DNA of 64,000 nt, taken from an uncultured cyanobacterium. GTDB lineage: Bacteria > Cyanobacteriota > Cyanobacteriia > Leptolyngbyales > Leptolyngbyaceae. Below are positions 9,621-20,494 of this stretch, one piece after another (the first letter of the stretch is position 1; every line of letters starts with the position of its first letter). A program made the position numbers and the translations under genes. Below the pieces are notes generated by a model. The model was not told where the DNA came from. It ran no database searches and saw only the letters and a list, made by a program, of their open reading frames with translations. The DNA lies in NCBI GenBank assembly GCA_963766075.1, contig CAVYAN010000048.1, positions 52,266 through 116,265 on the forward strand, given 5' to 3'.

Positions 9621-10181
9621 ATGGGAAGAACAATATGCGCATCGTTCACCCCAGAGCTGAAGGCGGTGATTGAGGAAAGGGCGTTCCCTGGAGAGACATT
9701 GACTCAAACTGTGCGCAGGCTGAGTGCGATCGCACTCCCCGCCCTTGCCGGGGATCCGCCTCAAGAAGTGGCGCAGGCTGTTTGGAAAATGGGCGGGCCT
9801 GGAGCGGAGGAATTGACACTACGCATTCCTGACAGTGTGGCGTCTGGAGTAGCCCACTTGTCTCAAAGCTTTTGCAAGGGGAAAGAGGGTCGGGCTTTTG
9901 TGCGCCTGGTGGTCTACGGATTGTGCCTCCCTGCTGAGACTCCCTTGAAAAATGTTCAGGAGTTTGAAAAGTTTTTGCGTGAAAATTTCACCAGCGCTGA
10001 GAGGCAGAGCCTACGGCACACTCTGGAAGAGTTGGATCTCCATTGCAGCAGAGTCGCTTCAGAGGGTTGGCTACTGAAGCTTCAGGAGCGAAAGGTAATT
10101 AGGTTGTTCAGCACTCCGACCAACGAGTTCAGCAGTGTCTACGTGGGTGGAAAGCCTTTCTTCTCCTGGGTGTGGAAGTGA
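9621..10181 (+). CDS. Hypothetical DNA-binding protein (possible ribbon-helix-helix)
   Basis: RTICASFTPELKAVIEERA...TLTQTVRRL and a second LTLRIPD segment. Confidence 0.5.
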   Translation: MGRTICASFTPELKAVIEERAFPGETLTQTVRRLSAIALPALAGDPPQEVAQAVWKMGGPGAEELTLRIPDSVASGVAHLSQSFCKGKEGRAFVRLVVYGLCLPAETPLKNVQEFEKFLRENFTSAERQSLRHTLEELDLHCSRVASEGWLLKLQERKVIRLFSTPTNEFSSVYVGGKPFFSWVWK

Positions 10182-10223
10182 TCTCAAAACAGTGATCTCT
10201 GATCTCTGATCTCACTGATCTCA
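10179..10223. repeat. Five short TGATCTC repeats (GATC cluster)
   Basis: gtgatctcaaaacagtgatctctgatctctgatctcactgatctca. Confidence 0.65.
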
Positions 10224-10700
10224 TTTTTGTTTGATTTTTCTAGGGGTTTGAGATCGCCTAGAAATGAGTTCATTTGTACCACCTAGAGCGGGGTAGTACA
10301 CAATTTAATTTCTTGATAAAGTATTAGTACTCACTGTAAAGAGTGTGTAAAGTTTTCAGTAATTAATACGAATTAGACAAGGGAATTAGTAATATAGGGA
10401 TTCCCACGGCTAAGGCTAGGGGCGAACAAATCTGTATATTTTTTGGTCATGGCTTAAAAATAACAGCATAGCTGAAACGGTTAGTAACCGTTGTGAGGAT
10501 CGCTATACAGTCACGGCTGTTTAGCCGCTCACAGGCATCATGCGATCTGCTATTGGCGCATGTATCTATATAGAACCTAGGGATTAGGCGGCATTTAGAT
10601 ACAGCGGGAATCGATACCCGCGATCGCGATTCCGGATCCTATATATGTATCCGGATATTCCAACCAAGTACACCAAGTGAAAACCAAAGGACAAAAAGCA

Positions 10701-11423
<723 letters not shown>

Positions 11424-11432
11424 TCCTCTGAT

Positions 11433-11470
11433 AGCGCTAGGGATAAGAGGATCCCTAGCGCTTAATCTTT
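11433..11470 (+). terminator. Hairpin, probable terminator
   Basis: AGCGCTAGGGAT-6nt-ATCCCTAGCGCT followed by a T-rich tract. Confidence 0.55.
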
Positions 11471-11496
11471 TATTAAAACTAACTAGAGTAACTATC

Positions 11497-12405
11497 ATGT
11501 CTTTATTTGCAGAACTCTTCCAATCAGTGGCTAAACCAGAAATAGAAACGGAAATACAAGCAAACAAGCAATCAAACAAGCAATCAAATATAACAGCTAG
11601 GTTGCAAGCCGATCACGAAGCTCTATCCTACCAAAGGATGTTAAACGCTAGGGATCGCGCTATGCCTAGCTCTGCTAAGGGGAAACCGTGGCAAGTATCC
11701 CACGGTTTGATGTCTATCCGCCTAGTCCCATTTGGATTCAGAGGCGATCCTAAAGTCGCCTTAATTCAGTATCGCTTAATTCCTAAAGGGATAATTCATA
11801 ATCCCTTTATCGGGGATTTTTGGAGAAAGTTATTTAATACCGGACTAGATGAAAGCATGATCGCATTGTGGGCGATCATGCTGTCAGATATATCTGACAG
11901 TGAGTATCAGGCCATCCAGGATCGGCTGAATACTCGCGAGTGGCAACACTTGGGACATTTAGAAATTATGGGAGAAGGGATAAAGGTTATAGCTCGCTGT
12001 ACGGAATACCCTAGGCTAGATAGGGGCATTAGAGAACACGCGATCGCGCTACTGCGATCCATTGGGATTGTATCCGGGGATTGTCTTAAAAGTAGTTTAA
12101 TCCCTAACAGAGGGAAATCGATTTTTCTGGATCCGCTTGTGGCGGATCATTTGAGGATCCAGATCTCAAATGAGGGGGATCATAATTATCCCTACTCAAT
12201 AAAATATGACGGTAGGGATCGGCATCCTACTGAATTAATGCAACCTGGGATCTCAACATATCGCCCGTCAAGGCAATCTGACAGATCAACTGTTAAAAAA
12301 CTACGGAAAAAAGTTAGACAACAATCCAGAGAATTGGATCAGTTACATGGAAAAGTTTCTGATCAGAATAAAAAGCTTGCAAAGCTTAGACAATACGATT
12401 TTTAA
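11497..12405 (+). CDS. Hypothetical protein with C-terminal coiled coil
   Basis: 302-aa ORF, AT-rich. Confidence 0.65.
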   Translation: MSLFAELFQSVAKPEIETEIQANKQSNKQSNITARLQADHEALSYQRMLNARDRAMPSSAKGKPWQVSHGLMSIRLVPFGFRGDPKVALIQYRLIPKGIIHNPFIGDFWRKLFNTGLDESMIALWAIMLSDISDSEYQAIQDRLNTREWQHLGHLEIMGEGIKVIARCTEYPRLDRGIREHAIALLRSIGIVSGDCLKSSLIPNRGKSIFLDPLVADHLRIQISNEGDHNYPYSIKYDGRDRHPTELMQPGISTYRPSRQSDRSTVKKLRKKVRQQSRELDQLHGKVSDQNKKLAKLRQYDF

Positions 12406-12422
12406 GACTTTGCAAGCCACAC

Positions 12423-12696
12423 AACAAAACCCTAGGCTATTTCCCTATAGCCTAGGGTTTTGTTGTTTCTAGGCGGCATAGCGCTTTGCTAATAGCGCTT
12501 TACAGGATACGTGTATCTATAGCCTAATAACAAAACCCTAGGCTATTTCCCTATAGCCTAGGGTTTTGTTGTTTCTAGGCGGCATAGCGCTTTGCTAATA
12601 GCGCTTTGCTAATAGCGCTTTACAGGATACGTGTATCTATAGCCTAATAACAAAACCCTAGGCTATTTCCCTATAGCCTAGGGTTTTGTTGTTTCT
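12423..12696 (+). repeat. Triplicated hairpin unit (periods 106 and 120 bp)
   Basis: AACAAAACCCTAGGCTAT-ttccct-ATAGCCTAGGGTTTTGTT at 12423, 12529 and 12649; the linkers contain AGCGCT and GATAC..GTATC mini-palindromes. Confidence 0.85.
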
Positions 12697-12934
12697 GGGT
12701 GCCCTAACACTGGAGAGGATCGACAGGATCGATCTGTCTGTACTCTGCAATCCATGCAACAAAGCGCGATGCGGTTACCCTACGGAATAGGGTAGTTTCG
12801 TCGTAGTTTTTGCCGTTGATCGTGACATACTGTAGTTAAAAAGGAGTAGCTATGTACTTGCGACCAGAGCCATTCCTCTCCGGCAGGCAAGCCGATCTAC
12901 CGTTGTAAAAAATGTAAAAAATGAGGAAGGGAAG

Positions 12935-13177
12935 ATGAAGCTCATAAAATTTCACCCTCAGAGCTTCTGTCACGAGTACAGAAGAAAGGGGGACTTGCGC
13001 ACATCTCTGGGGTTCGGTGACACTCCGGAGAGTGCTAGGCGGAATGCCGTGTACGGTCCTCACGATGAGGACAACACTGCCAGGGATCATCCCCTAGGAT
13101 TTGGGGACTGGGAGCTGCGGGAAGATAGGGACGGCGATCACCATGCACGCAAAAGAGGCATTGCCTTGCCTGATTAA
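12935..13177 (+). CDS. Hypothetical protein
   Basis: GAGGAAGG RBS before ATG. Confidence 0.4.
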   Translation: MKLIKFHPQSFCHEYRRKGDLRTSLGFGDTPESARRNAVYGPHDEDNTARDHPLGFGDWELREDRDGDHHARKRGIALPD

Positions 13178-13241
13178 TAACGTCCCCGCTGACTGGGGAA
13201 GCAAATCATTCAACAAATAACAAATAAGGAAGGACAAACAA

Positions 13242-14141
13242 ATGGAAACCACCACCATGACCGTCAAGACCGCGATCGCTCAACTGGCCGAAACACTCGG
13301 GGAAACTCAGTGGGTCAGCCATACGCTGCCCTTTCCCGACCCTGAGTCATACAAGCAGTGGGCGTTCTCGCGTGAGCAGTTCCTGCTCGCGCAGAAGATT
13401 GTGTCTGGGGCAAATCTTGGCCCCGATCTGGAAGGGTCGATCAGTTTCTTGGAGGCGCGGCGCGATCGCCTTCACGAGCAGGCTCAAGGAAACTGGGAGG
13501 ATTACGGAGTTTACCAATTGGGCAATAGTTATTGCCAAAGTGGATGGCAAGAATACACCGATGATGAAGGGGAGGAATTCCTCTTCTTTTGGTATGAAAC
13601 TACGAGTGGAACCCTCTTGTTCCACCAGGTTTCGGAGCAGCAAGAAAACTGGGGGATCTACCTCCCCAAAAGTCGGAAAGGGGGACTGCACGATCGCGAG
13701 CTGACTCGCGTGCAGCTCGGGATGACCAGTGAGCAATACCAGCGGTGGTACAACTCGGACTGCTTGGGGGATGACAAAATCCCCGACTACTCGGAGTGGG
13801 CTAAGTGGCACAACGAGCACATGGTGCCCGAGGGGTGGCCACCCATGCTCAATGGGGAGCAATTCCTTTTGGATCGGCGGATCCATCGAATCCTCATGGA
13901 TGTCCATGGGGACTGGGCGGAAGAGTTCGGCATCGGGAAGGCGATCAAAAGCCTGATTAATTTTTGCCCCAATTGCGAGGGCATGGGAACTCCCCCGAAA
14001 GGGAGCGATCGCCTGCGGTTCGCAAAAAGCGTTCTCAAAGATTTAGAGGACACCGCCACTCGATGGCGAAACCTTATGGCCGAATGGAAGGAGGAACCTG
14101 ACGAGGTTGACTATGACGGGCCGGAAGAAGATTACCTGTAA
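13242..14141 (+). CDS. Hypothetical protein
   Basis: AAGGA RBS; first gene of the long + strand run. Confidence 0.75.
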   Translation: METTTMTVKTAIAQLAETLGETQWVSHTLPFPDPESYKQWAFSREQFLLAQKIVSGANLGPDLEGSISFLEARRDRLHEQAQGNWEDYGVYQLGNSYCQSGWQEYTDDEGEEFLFFWYETTSGTLLFHQVSEQQENWGIYLPKSRKGGLHDRELTRVQLGMTSEQYQRWYNSDCLGDDKIPDYSEWAKWHNEHMVPEGWPPMLNGEQFLLDRRIHRILMDVHGDWAEEFGIGKAIKSLINFCPNCEGMGTPPKGSDRLRFAKSVLKDLEDTATRWRNLMAEWKEEPDEVDYDGPEEDYL

Positions 14142-14156
14142 CAGGAGGATTGAACA

Positions 14157-14894
14157 ATGCGCTACACCATCGCGTCTGACCCCGCGACAGTTCTACATTT
14201 ACTGGAACTGATCGCGCTTGTCAAAGCTCGGACTGCCGCCGATCAGGGTGACGACTATGGCCGTTTAGCCAAACAGTTCGTCCCCTTTGAGGACAAGGCG
14301 ACGGCGGTTGCTGCCGTTGAGGCGATCGCCGCTCTGACAGACGAACAAAGGGGAGACTTGTCCTACCTGGTCCTTATGGATCGGCAGGATTTGTTAAATC
14401 GCCCTAGCTTCCTCTGGGATTTGCGGAATGGCGAGATCCCAGACACGGGAACCCCTGGCGAACATGGGGTTGTTGGACACTACGCCATCCCCCTTGCTCC
14501 AGGGCGGGATTATTTTTCCCAGTTTATTCCACAAGGGGACTGCTCCCCCCTTGTGGCAGAGGGGTGGGCAGCCTTCTATTACTCGGAGTCGGCCTGCCAT
14601 GCCACGGCAAAGCAGATCCAGCGGCTCTTAGGGTCGGGTTGGACCATGACAGCAAAGCGACTACTCAGAGAGCAGGGCGTGCCCATCTGTTACTCGCTGC
14701 GCTTCACGAGCACGGTGGCCAACCTGGTAGAACTGTCCTTCACCTTGGTCGGACAAGGGCAGATACTCATTGGCTCGATCACAACCCTAGAGCACATGGC
14801 AAAGGGGGCGAAGTTTTTCAACGTTCTCGACACTGACAGCGGGCGGCTTCGCTCCGGCTCTGACTGCCGAGGAGGAGTATGGCAATATCCATAA
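14157..14894 (+). CDS. Hypothetical protein
   Basis: AGGAGG RBS. Confidence 0.75.
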   Translation: MRYTIASDPATVLHLLELIALVKARTAADQGDDYGRLAKQFVPFEDKATAVAAVEAIAALTDEQRGDLSYLVLMDRQDLLNRPSFLWDLRNGEIPDTGTPGEHGVVGHYAIPLAPGRDYFSQFIPQGDCSPLVAEGWAAFYYSESACHATAKQIQRLLGSGWTMTAKRLLREQGVPICYSLRFTSTVANLVELSFTLVGQGQILIGSITTLEHMAKGAKFFNVLDTDSGRLRSGSDCRGGVWQYP

Positions 14895-15418
14895 TGTCCG
14901 AAGAGGCTTGGCTTTGCACCAAGCGCAAGCTGGTCAAAATTGTGCCCGTAAAACAGTCCTGCGGGGGCTTCATCATTGAAGCCAACCCTCCGACAAGTCT
15001 TTCTCAGCACCCCATCAAGGGGCGGTTTTTGACCGAGGCAGATTGTGAGGCTGCGATCGCCCAGTGGATCGCAGAAACGTTTGACTATCAAGTCTATCTG
15101 GCGGCTTGCCAGAAGCGGGCGGAATTGTTGCAGAAACGAGCCACGCTAACCGGGCTCAAATATCTGACCACTGAGCCTGGTTACTGGCTCAACCGCCTGC
15201 CAAATAACTGGGAGTGTGTCGGGCGCAGCAACGGCAATGGCGTGGCTACGCTCTACCTCGCGGGCACTGGACAGCCGCCCAATTGGTCGGAGGATATCCC
15301 CACCAGTGGCTTCCGCGATTGGACGGGTGAATGGACTCAATTCATTACATCGGTCCCCGAGGAGAGCAAGGTGGCTCTGTCCTTCTGGGACCGCCATGTA
15401 GGACTAGACAAATACTAG
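14894..15418 (+). CDS. Hypothetical protein
   Basis: TAATG coupling. Confidence 0.7.
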   Translation: MSEEAWLCTKRKLVKIVPVKQSCGGFIIEANPPTSLSQHPIKGRFLTEADCEAAIAQWIAETFDYQVYLAACQKRAELLQKRATLTGLKYLTTEPGYWLNRLPNNWECVGRSNGNGVATLYLAGTGQPPNWSEDIPTSGFRDWTGEWTQFITSVPEESKVALSFWDRHVGLDKY

Positions 15419-15426
15419 GAGAAAAC

Positions 15427-16230
15427 ATGCCAACAACAACACAAGTGGCGGCAATGGTGCAAGCCGCTATCGGGGAACTAGACCCCCTGGAATTCGAGTT
15501 TGAAGGGTTGGACCTTCAGTATCATCCCAGGCTCGGCACGTCGTATGCAAAGACTGGGACTGAAGTGACCGAGGAGCTTTTCCTCGGCATTTCATGGTGG
15601 CAGTATCCCGCTATTGTCATTCGAGACAAAAAGTTGTCTGAAACTGACGATCTGGCGATCGCACTGCCCACAGATAGTCAAGAGTCTGTCACTTTGGCAG
15701 TGGCCGAATTGTGGCATCGGCACCTAACAGCTCTGACCGAAAGCTGGAATGTCAGCCCGCCAACAAAGCAAGCCCTGTGCTACTACGATGGCGATGACGT
15801 GAGGCAAGAAATCTTTGAAACGGTTCATCGTGGCGAGTTCGCCGCAGTGCCGTGGTTGACTTTTTGCGCCTTCACAAGGGCGTTTACGAGCACTCACGGG
15901 CCGGTCGAATTCCGCAAGGATTTGGCCTATCTGGACGACTCCGGGGCGTTCACAGACCGCCGCGCCTTCCTTTACGAGTGGGATCTGGCGGGCATTAGCC
16001 CGCAGGAGATAACAGTCAACCGGAAGACGGCTGACTGTGTTGACCGCATCAGACACCACTTCGGACACTGGGAGGGGTTTGAGCAGCAAACCGCGCTCTT
16101 CTGGTTTAAGAGCTGTAATGGAAACTGTCTGGTGGCGCTTTCCAAACCAGAAGAAAACTGTGTTCGGATCCACGTATCTAATCCGGACAGCAATTACGCA
16201 AAATGGATAAAAGACCATGGAAACAATTGA
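15427..16230 (+). CDS. Hypothetical protein
   Basis: AGGAG RBS before ATG at 15427. Confidence 0.7.
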   Translation: MPTTTQVAAMVQAAIGELDPLEFEFEGLDLQYHPRLGTSYAKTGTEVTEELFLGISWWQYPAIVIRDKKLSETDDLAIALPTDSQESVTLAVAELWHRHLTALTESWNVSPPTKQALCYYDGDDVRQEIFETVHRGEFAAVPWLTFCAFTRAFTSTHGPVEFRKDLAYLDDSGAFTDRRAFLYEWDLAGISPQEITVNRKTADCVDRIRHHFGHWEGFEQQTALFWFKSCNGNCLVALSKPEENCVRIHVSNPDSNYAKWIKDHGNN

Positions 16231-17071
16231 CCCTGAATTGTCCCAACTTTTGAACAAGCACCCGAACGTCCAGAGGGCGAGCGCGGGCGGGTGCTTGTTC
16301 ATTGCGTCCGACCTTGACCCAAACCAGCGCGATCGCAAGGTTGTCCTGAACTTTGAATCCTGGGCGGAAACATTGATGTTCCTGCGCCGCCTGGACACCA
16401 GCCCATCCGTTGACCTAACCAAGGTCGATCGCATGGTTGCCAAGGTGGAACGAACCGGTCTAGACATGGCTGTTTCGGGTCTTGCTGAAGATCGGTGGGG
16501 CGATCCTCTGCCCCTTCGTGACGCGGACCTTGCCGACTGGCTGATGGAAAGCATTGTCGATGCCGCCAGCAAGGAGTTTGACCCCGACTGTTTTGTTCTC
16601 ACGCTGGAACAAAACAACATCTGCGGGGACTGCCTTCAGCCCCAAGAGGAAGGATGTCTTTTGCTCCACGATTTTGTGGAGGATGATGAAAAAGAAGTCC
16701 TTTTAGGCAAAAAATCGCAATGGGCAAATGTGTGGGGCGTTGACTCCGAATCGGTTGAGGCCATCTTGGCCCTACAGGAGTTGTGCCACAACGAAGATGT
16801 GTCCGCCGTATGGCCGGATAAGGCTTTCGTCCACTACGTCCTACGTGCAGGGGTTTGGCTGCGTCCGGTCCCTGAAGCGCTGCCCATCTTCGCCCGACTA
16901 AGGGCGGCAAAATATCAAAAACTGGCTCAGGTTGAGCCGTCAGTGGTTCTGGCGTGGCTGTCCGCAGTAGCGGCTTACATCCAGTCGGAATTGGATGGCG
17001 GCTTTATGGAGCAGAGTGCTGCCGATGCAGCGATCGCGGAAGTTGAGAAAAACAGGGAGATTTACAAATGA
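16217..17071 (+). CDS. Hypothetical protein
   Basis: Overlapping operon packing. Confidence 0.7.
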   Translation: METIDPELSQLLNKHPNVQRASAGGCLFIASDLDPNQRDRKVVLNFESWAETLMFLRRLDTSPSVDLTKVDRMVAKVERTGLDMAVSGLAEDRWGDPLPLRDADLADWLMESIVDAASKEFDPDCFVLTLEQNNICGDCLQPQEEGCLLLHDFVEDDEKEVLLGKKSQWANVWGVDSESVEAILALQELCHNEDVSAVWPDKAFVHYVLRAGVWLRPVPEALPIFARLRAAKYQKLAQVEPSVVLAWLSAVAAYIQSELDGGFMEQSAADAAIAEVEKNREIYK

Positions 17072-17289
17072 TTGACAAAAATCCCAAGACTCCCATGGAG
17101 GGATGGGGCATCCTCTACGTGAAGGAGGGAACCGTTCACGTAGTCGCGACGTATTCGCGACAAACCGATGCGGAGGCAAACGCCGCAAGCCTGAGACGCA
17201 AAATCAAGAAGGGCTGCGCAACTGGAACCTTGACCGTGTTTAGTTGGGCCGAATATCAGGAGCGGCAGAAACAGGAGGCAGTAGCGTAA
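17068..17289 (+). CDS. Hypothetical protein
   Basis: ATGA coupling, GGGAG RBS. Confidence 0.6.
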   Translation: MIDKNPKTPMEGWGILYVKEGTVHVVATYSRQTDAEANAASLRRKIKKGCATGTLTVFSWAEYQERQKQEAVA

Positions 17290-17633
17290 TGTGGACTTTG
17301 CGGAATGTAATTGAAAAGGATTACATGGATCGGCTTGTCCGATCGGAGTTTGATGTGTCGGTTGTCGAAGAAAGAGGCGAGTTCTTCGTCAAGAGTGTGG
17401 AGGTCTACGGACAAGACAGATCCGTAACCTTCTACATAGAAGAAGGTGGGATCGTAGAGCAGCGATGCTCTAACCTCTACCTGTGGGAAGGGAGAGGGTT
17501 CCCATCGTATGAGTTGGCAAAAGAATTTGCCGTTAGATTCTTCGGAATTAAGAAGGCGAAGGGGGCGGGGCAGTACTTGCACCGGAAACCCGTTTATGTG
17601 GCATGTGGGGCAATGGTTGGAGGTAGGAGATGA
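17289..17633 (+). CDS. Hypothetical protein
   Basis: TAATG coupling, GGAGG RBS. Confidence 0.6.
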   Translation: MWTLRNVIEKDYMDRLVRSEFDVSVVEERGEFFVKSVEVYGQDRSVTFYIEEGGIVEQRCSNLYLWEGRGFPSYELAKEFAVRFFGIKKAKGAGQYLHRKPVYVACGAMVGGRR

Positions 17634-17947
17634 TTACTGTCAAAGAGTCGGAGCAACAGGAAGAATTCCTGTGCGCTGTAGAGGATAGGTTTGAGAAGAT
17701 CCCTTTTCAGGTGTCTTACGCCAGATTCAGGCGGATGGTTGACTACACGAAAAGTAACCCAAAGTCCTTCCGTGTCATTCGTAACGCTTGGCGATACGAA
17801 TGTGCGAATGAAGCCAAGACTGTGCGGGACAGCCTTGAACGGCTTCTTGCCGTGATTGAATCTGAATTCAGTCATCCTGGCTTTAACTGGGAAATGGTTC
17901 TAAAAATCATCTCCCTAAAAATCCAGGGAGGGTCAGAATCATGCTGA
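17630..17947 (+). CDS. Hypothetical protein
   Basis: ATGA coupling. Confidence 0.6.
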   Translation: MITVKESEQQEEFLCAVEDRFEKIPFQVSYARFRRMVDYTKSNPKSFRVIRNAWRYECANEAKTVRDSLERLLAVIESEFSHPGFNWEMVLKIISLKIQGGSESC

Positions 17948-18243
17948 CCATAACCCGCTCAGGCGGGAGGATAGGCGATCGCAGCCAAAAGCTCTGCTGC
18001 GTCAAGGTCGATGCCGACAACACGGTTAATCCGGCAGTGTTCGCGGCGGAAGTGGCCAACGCTCAAGGGCGGCTCACTGGACCATTCCTGGTCGCCATCT
18101 CAGGGCATTGCCCCACTTGGGGTTACGCTCTCCTGGTTCATGCAGCCCATGCTAGTCAAGGCGTGGCGGTGTTTGATCCCAAGTGGGGATATGTCGTAGT
18201 TCAGTCCCACGTCCCTGGATTAACTGTGGGGTCAACTTTCTAA
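17941..18243 (+). CDS. csx3: Csx3/Crn3-like cyclic oligoadenylate ring nuclease, stand-alone
   Basis: 100 aa; VAISGHCPTWGYALLVHAAHASQGVAVFDPKWGYVVVQSH.PG..VG matches the Csx3 signature (SGRxPxWLY..L.H..H....VA.YDPRLG.VVV.SH). Confidence 0.8.
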   Translation: MLTITRSGGRIGDRSQKLCCVKVDADNTVNPAVFAAEVANAQGRLTGPFLVAISGHCPTWGYALLVHAAHASQGVAVFDPKWGYVVVQSHVPGLTVGSTF

Positions 18244-18262
18244 TACACAACCTGGAGGCGTT

Positions 18263-18418
18263 ATGAAATTCGACATAGGCGATGAAGTATATCGTCGCGA
18301 GGCTCCCCACAAAACGGGAGTCATCTGCGAGATCGATAAAGCAACTCGCAGATACCGCGTGAAATGGCCCAGGAACAGGACTTGGAATCGGGAGGAATTC
18401 TTAGTAAAAGTGGGCTAA
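18263..18418 (+). CDS. Small SH3-like hypothetical protein (51 aa, below ORF track cutoff)
   Basis: GGAGG RBS; MKFDIGDEVYRREAPHKTGVICEID...YRVKW. Confidence 0.55.
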   Translation: MKFDIGDEVYRREAPHKTGVICEIDKATRRYRVKWPRNRTWNREEFLVKVG

Positions 18419-18433
18419 CTAATCTCAACCCAA

Positions 18434-18482
18434 TACCCAAACAAAAGCGTCAGGGCTCTGTCCTGGCGCTTTTGTTTGGGTA
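18434..18482. terminator. Long hairpin, probable bidirectional terminator
   Basis: TACCCAAACAAAAGCGTCAGG ... CCTGGCGCTTTTGTTTGGGTA. Confidence 0.65.
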
Positions 18483-18501
18483 AAACTCACCCAGGAGGGG
18501 T

Positions 18502-18855
18502 ATGGCCGACAAAGAACTAATCAGAGAGCGCCGCAAAACCCGCGCATCCCATTACGAGTGCATCCTCGAATACTGGGGCGACACAAAGGAGTTTTGGGTC
18601 AAAGTTGCGCTGCTGATAAACCTTGATACCAACGACAACCCATCTGGCGGGAGTCGGTTCAAGACCGATGTGAAAGCGTCGAAGTCTCACAAACTTCAGA
18701 TCGCTGTCACTCGGTACAACAAAAAGCTCGCCCAGGAAGCAATGCAACAGTTTCCAGATGTTGTAGAGCGCCTGATCCGAGCGTTTGAGCACAGCGATGG
18801 TCCCAGTTATTCTGAAGCCGTCAAAATACCATCAACAGGAGAATGTCATGGATAG
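18502..18855 (+). CDS. Hypothetical protein (tandem paralogue 1)
   Basis: Shares IRERRKT..Y.C.L.Y...I.VTRY..KLA..A...FPD.VE.LI..FE..DGPS with the next gene. Confidence 0.75.
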   Translation: MADKELIRERRKTRASHYECILEYWGDTKEFWVKVALLINLDTNDNPSGGSRFKTDVKASKSHKLQIAVTRYNKKLAQEAMQQFPDVVERLIRAFEHSDGPSYSEAVKIPSTGECHG

Positions 18856-19177
18856 AACAATCATTAGAGAGCGCCGCAAAACCCAATCAGGAGAGCAATA
18901 CGACTGCTCCCTGTACTACTTTAGTAAGTACAAAAAGTTTGCGGCCAACGTGACGAAATTAGAGTCCGGATGCGGGCCGAATGATTGTAGATTTCTGTCT
19001 ACAAACATAAGAAGCCAGAACCTTGCAATCTCTGTCACTCGGTACAGTCCAAAGCTGGCCAAACAGGCGGAAGGGTTATTCCCAGACGCCGTGGAGGCGC
19101 TGATTTGCAAGTTTGAAGGAATTGACGGCCCCAGTAACTCTGAGGTCGTCAAATCGTCAGTGAAAGGAGTGGACTAA
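18848..19177 (+). CDS. Hypothetical protein (tandem paralogue 2)
   Basis: AGGAG RBS before ATG at 18848; paralogous to the previous gene. Confidence 0.75.
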   Translation: MDRTIIRERRKTQSGEQYDCSLYYFSKYKKFAANVTKLESGCGPNDCRFLSTNIRSQNLAISVTRYSPKLAKQAEGLFPDAVEALICKFEGIDGPSNSEVVKSSVKGVD

Positions 19178-19180
19178 ACC

Positions 19181-19624
19181 CTAGGAAGCTACGCCAAAAT
19201 AGGCACTGCCTGGAGCAGGAGCGGGCGGAAGGAGGTCAGTATCAGCGCTGGAGCTTTCGAGTTGATTCAAGATTGAATCTAAATTGTCCAGCTCCTGCGT
19301 CAGTTGGCCATCTTCCGTTTCGTCCTGATTTCGGTAGGAATCAAAGGCGGCTTGAATTTCAACCTGCGCGGCTTGTGCGGCGGCTACTTGAGCGAGGGCA
19401 ACCTGCTCGCCTTGCCGAGCTTGTTCAGCAGCGTGTACATTCACAGCCGCCGTTTCATGGGCTGCGATCAGTTCTTGTGTGAGGCGCAAAATCTCACCCG
19501 ATTTTGCAACATCTGAATCAGCAAGGCTTTTTACTTGAGCTTCTAGCGCGACTAGGCGGGCGGTGTAGGTCGTAAACACAGCGGCGACACGCCGTAATTT
19601 GTCAACAATTTGGCTTACAGACAT
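19181..19624 (-). CDS. Coiled-coil hypothetical protein
   Basis: A/Q/E-rich heptads. Confidence 0.6.
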   Translation of the reverse strand: MSVSQIVDKLRRVAAVFTTYTARLVALEAQVKSLADSDVAKSGEILRLTQELIAAHETAAVNVHAAEQARQGEQVALAQVAAAQAAQVEIQAAFDSYRNQDETEDGQLTQELDNLDSILNQLESSSADTDLLPPAPAPGSAYFGVAS

Positions 19625-19801
19625 AGTTCTCGTTGGTTCTCGATTGTAGAAAAAGATGTAGTGAATCTGGCCGGATTCACCCTCTTAGTAATCCCCTTGC
19701 ACGAGAACAAGGCCCACCTTTTTTAGTGGCGTTTTATTCCACTCTGAAAAGGTCTTTTGCAAATTGTTTTGTTTTGTAAAGTTGATTATTGTGAGGCTGA
19801 T

Positions 19802-20494
19802 ATGTATTTACGTGACGCGGCGTGCGGGGACAAGCCAACTAATGCCCGCATAGATTTTGATGCCAGCACCGATCTCTTAGTCGGAATGGTCGCCCAACTG
19901 GCAGCGATCGGACATGAGGCAGCTCGGGAAATAGTCACAGCATTAGCCGGAGGCGGCGATCCAAAAGCCGCGCTCCGACAGGCGAGCTATGAGGAGCTGC
20001 TAAGCCTTGGATTGACGGAGGAGCAAGCGCTCTGCTTGCTGGCAGCTATTTATTTGGGCAAATGTCTTTATTTGCCGCCTACAATTTCGCGGAAAACCGC
20101 GCTTGATACACCCTATGAGGCCGCAGCTTTTTTCTATCCTGAGCTAGCTTTCCAGTCAGTCGAAAAAGCTGCGGTTGTGGTGATGAATAACAAACATCAT
20201 GTCCTTGGCATGTGGGTTGTCAGCCAGGGAGACGTGCAGGAGACACTTCTGAGCCCAAGGCTCGTCTTCAATCACGCGATAAGGCTTTCGGGTGCTGCGG
20301 TGATTATTGCTCACAATCATCCTTCGGGGGTGGTGAACCCGAGTGAGGAAGACTTGGAACTAACCAAAGGTCTTCTAGCAGCTTCCAACATTGTCGGCAT
20401 CCAACTGCTGGATCACTTAATCATCGGCAACGGGACGTATCGTTCAATCAGGGAATCCACAGGCTTGTGGCCTAGCGACTGGAGCGCCGCCTGA
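19802..20494 (+). CDS. radC: RadC/JAB (UPF0758) domain protein
   Basis: E.....MNNKH.V...VVSQG...TLLSPR.VF..AI...AAVIIAHNHPSG...PSEED..LT......GIQLLDHLIIG. Confidence 0.9.
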   Translation: MYLRDAACGDKPTNARIDFDASTDLLVGMVAQLAAIGHEAAREIVTALAGGGDPKAALRQASYEELLSLGLTEEQALCLLAAIYLGKCLYLPPTISRKTALDTPYEAAAFFYPELAFQSVEKAAVVVMNNKHHVLGMWVVSQGDVQETLLSPRLVFNHAIRLSGAAVIIAHNHPSGVVNPSEEDLELTKGLLAASNIVGIQLLDHLIIGNGTYRSIRESTGLWPSDWSAA

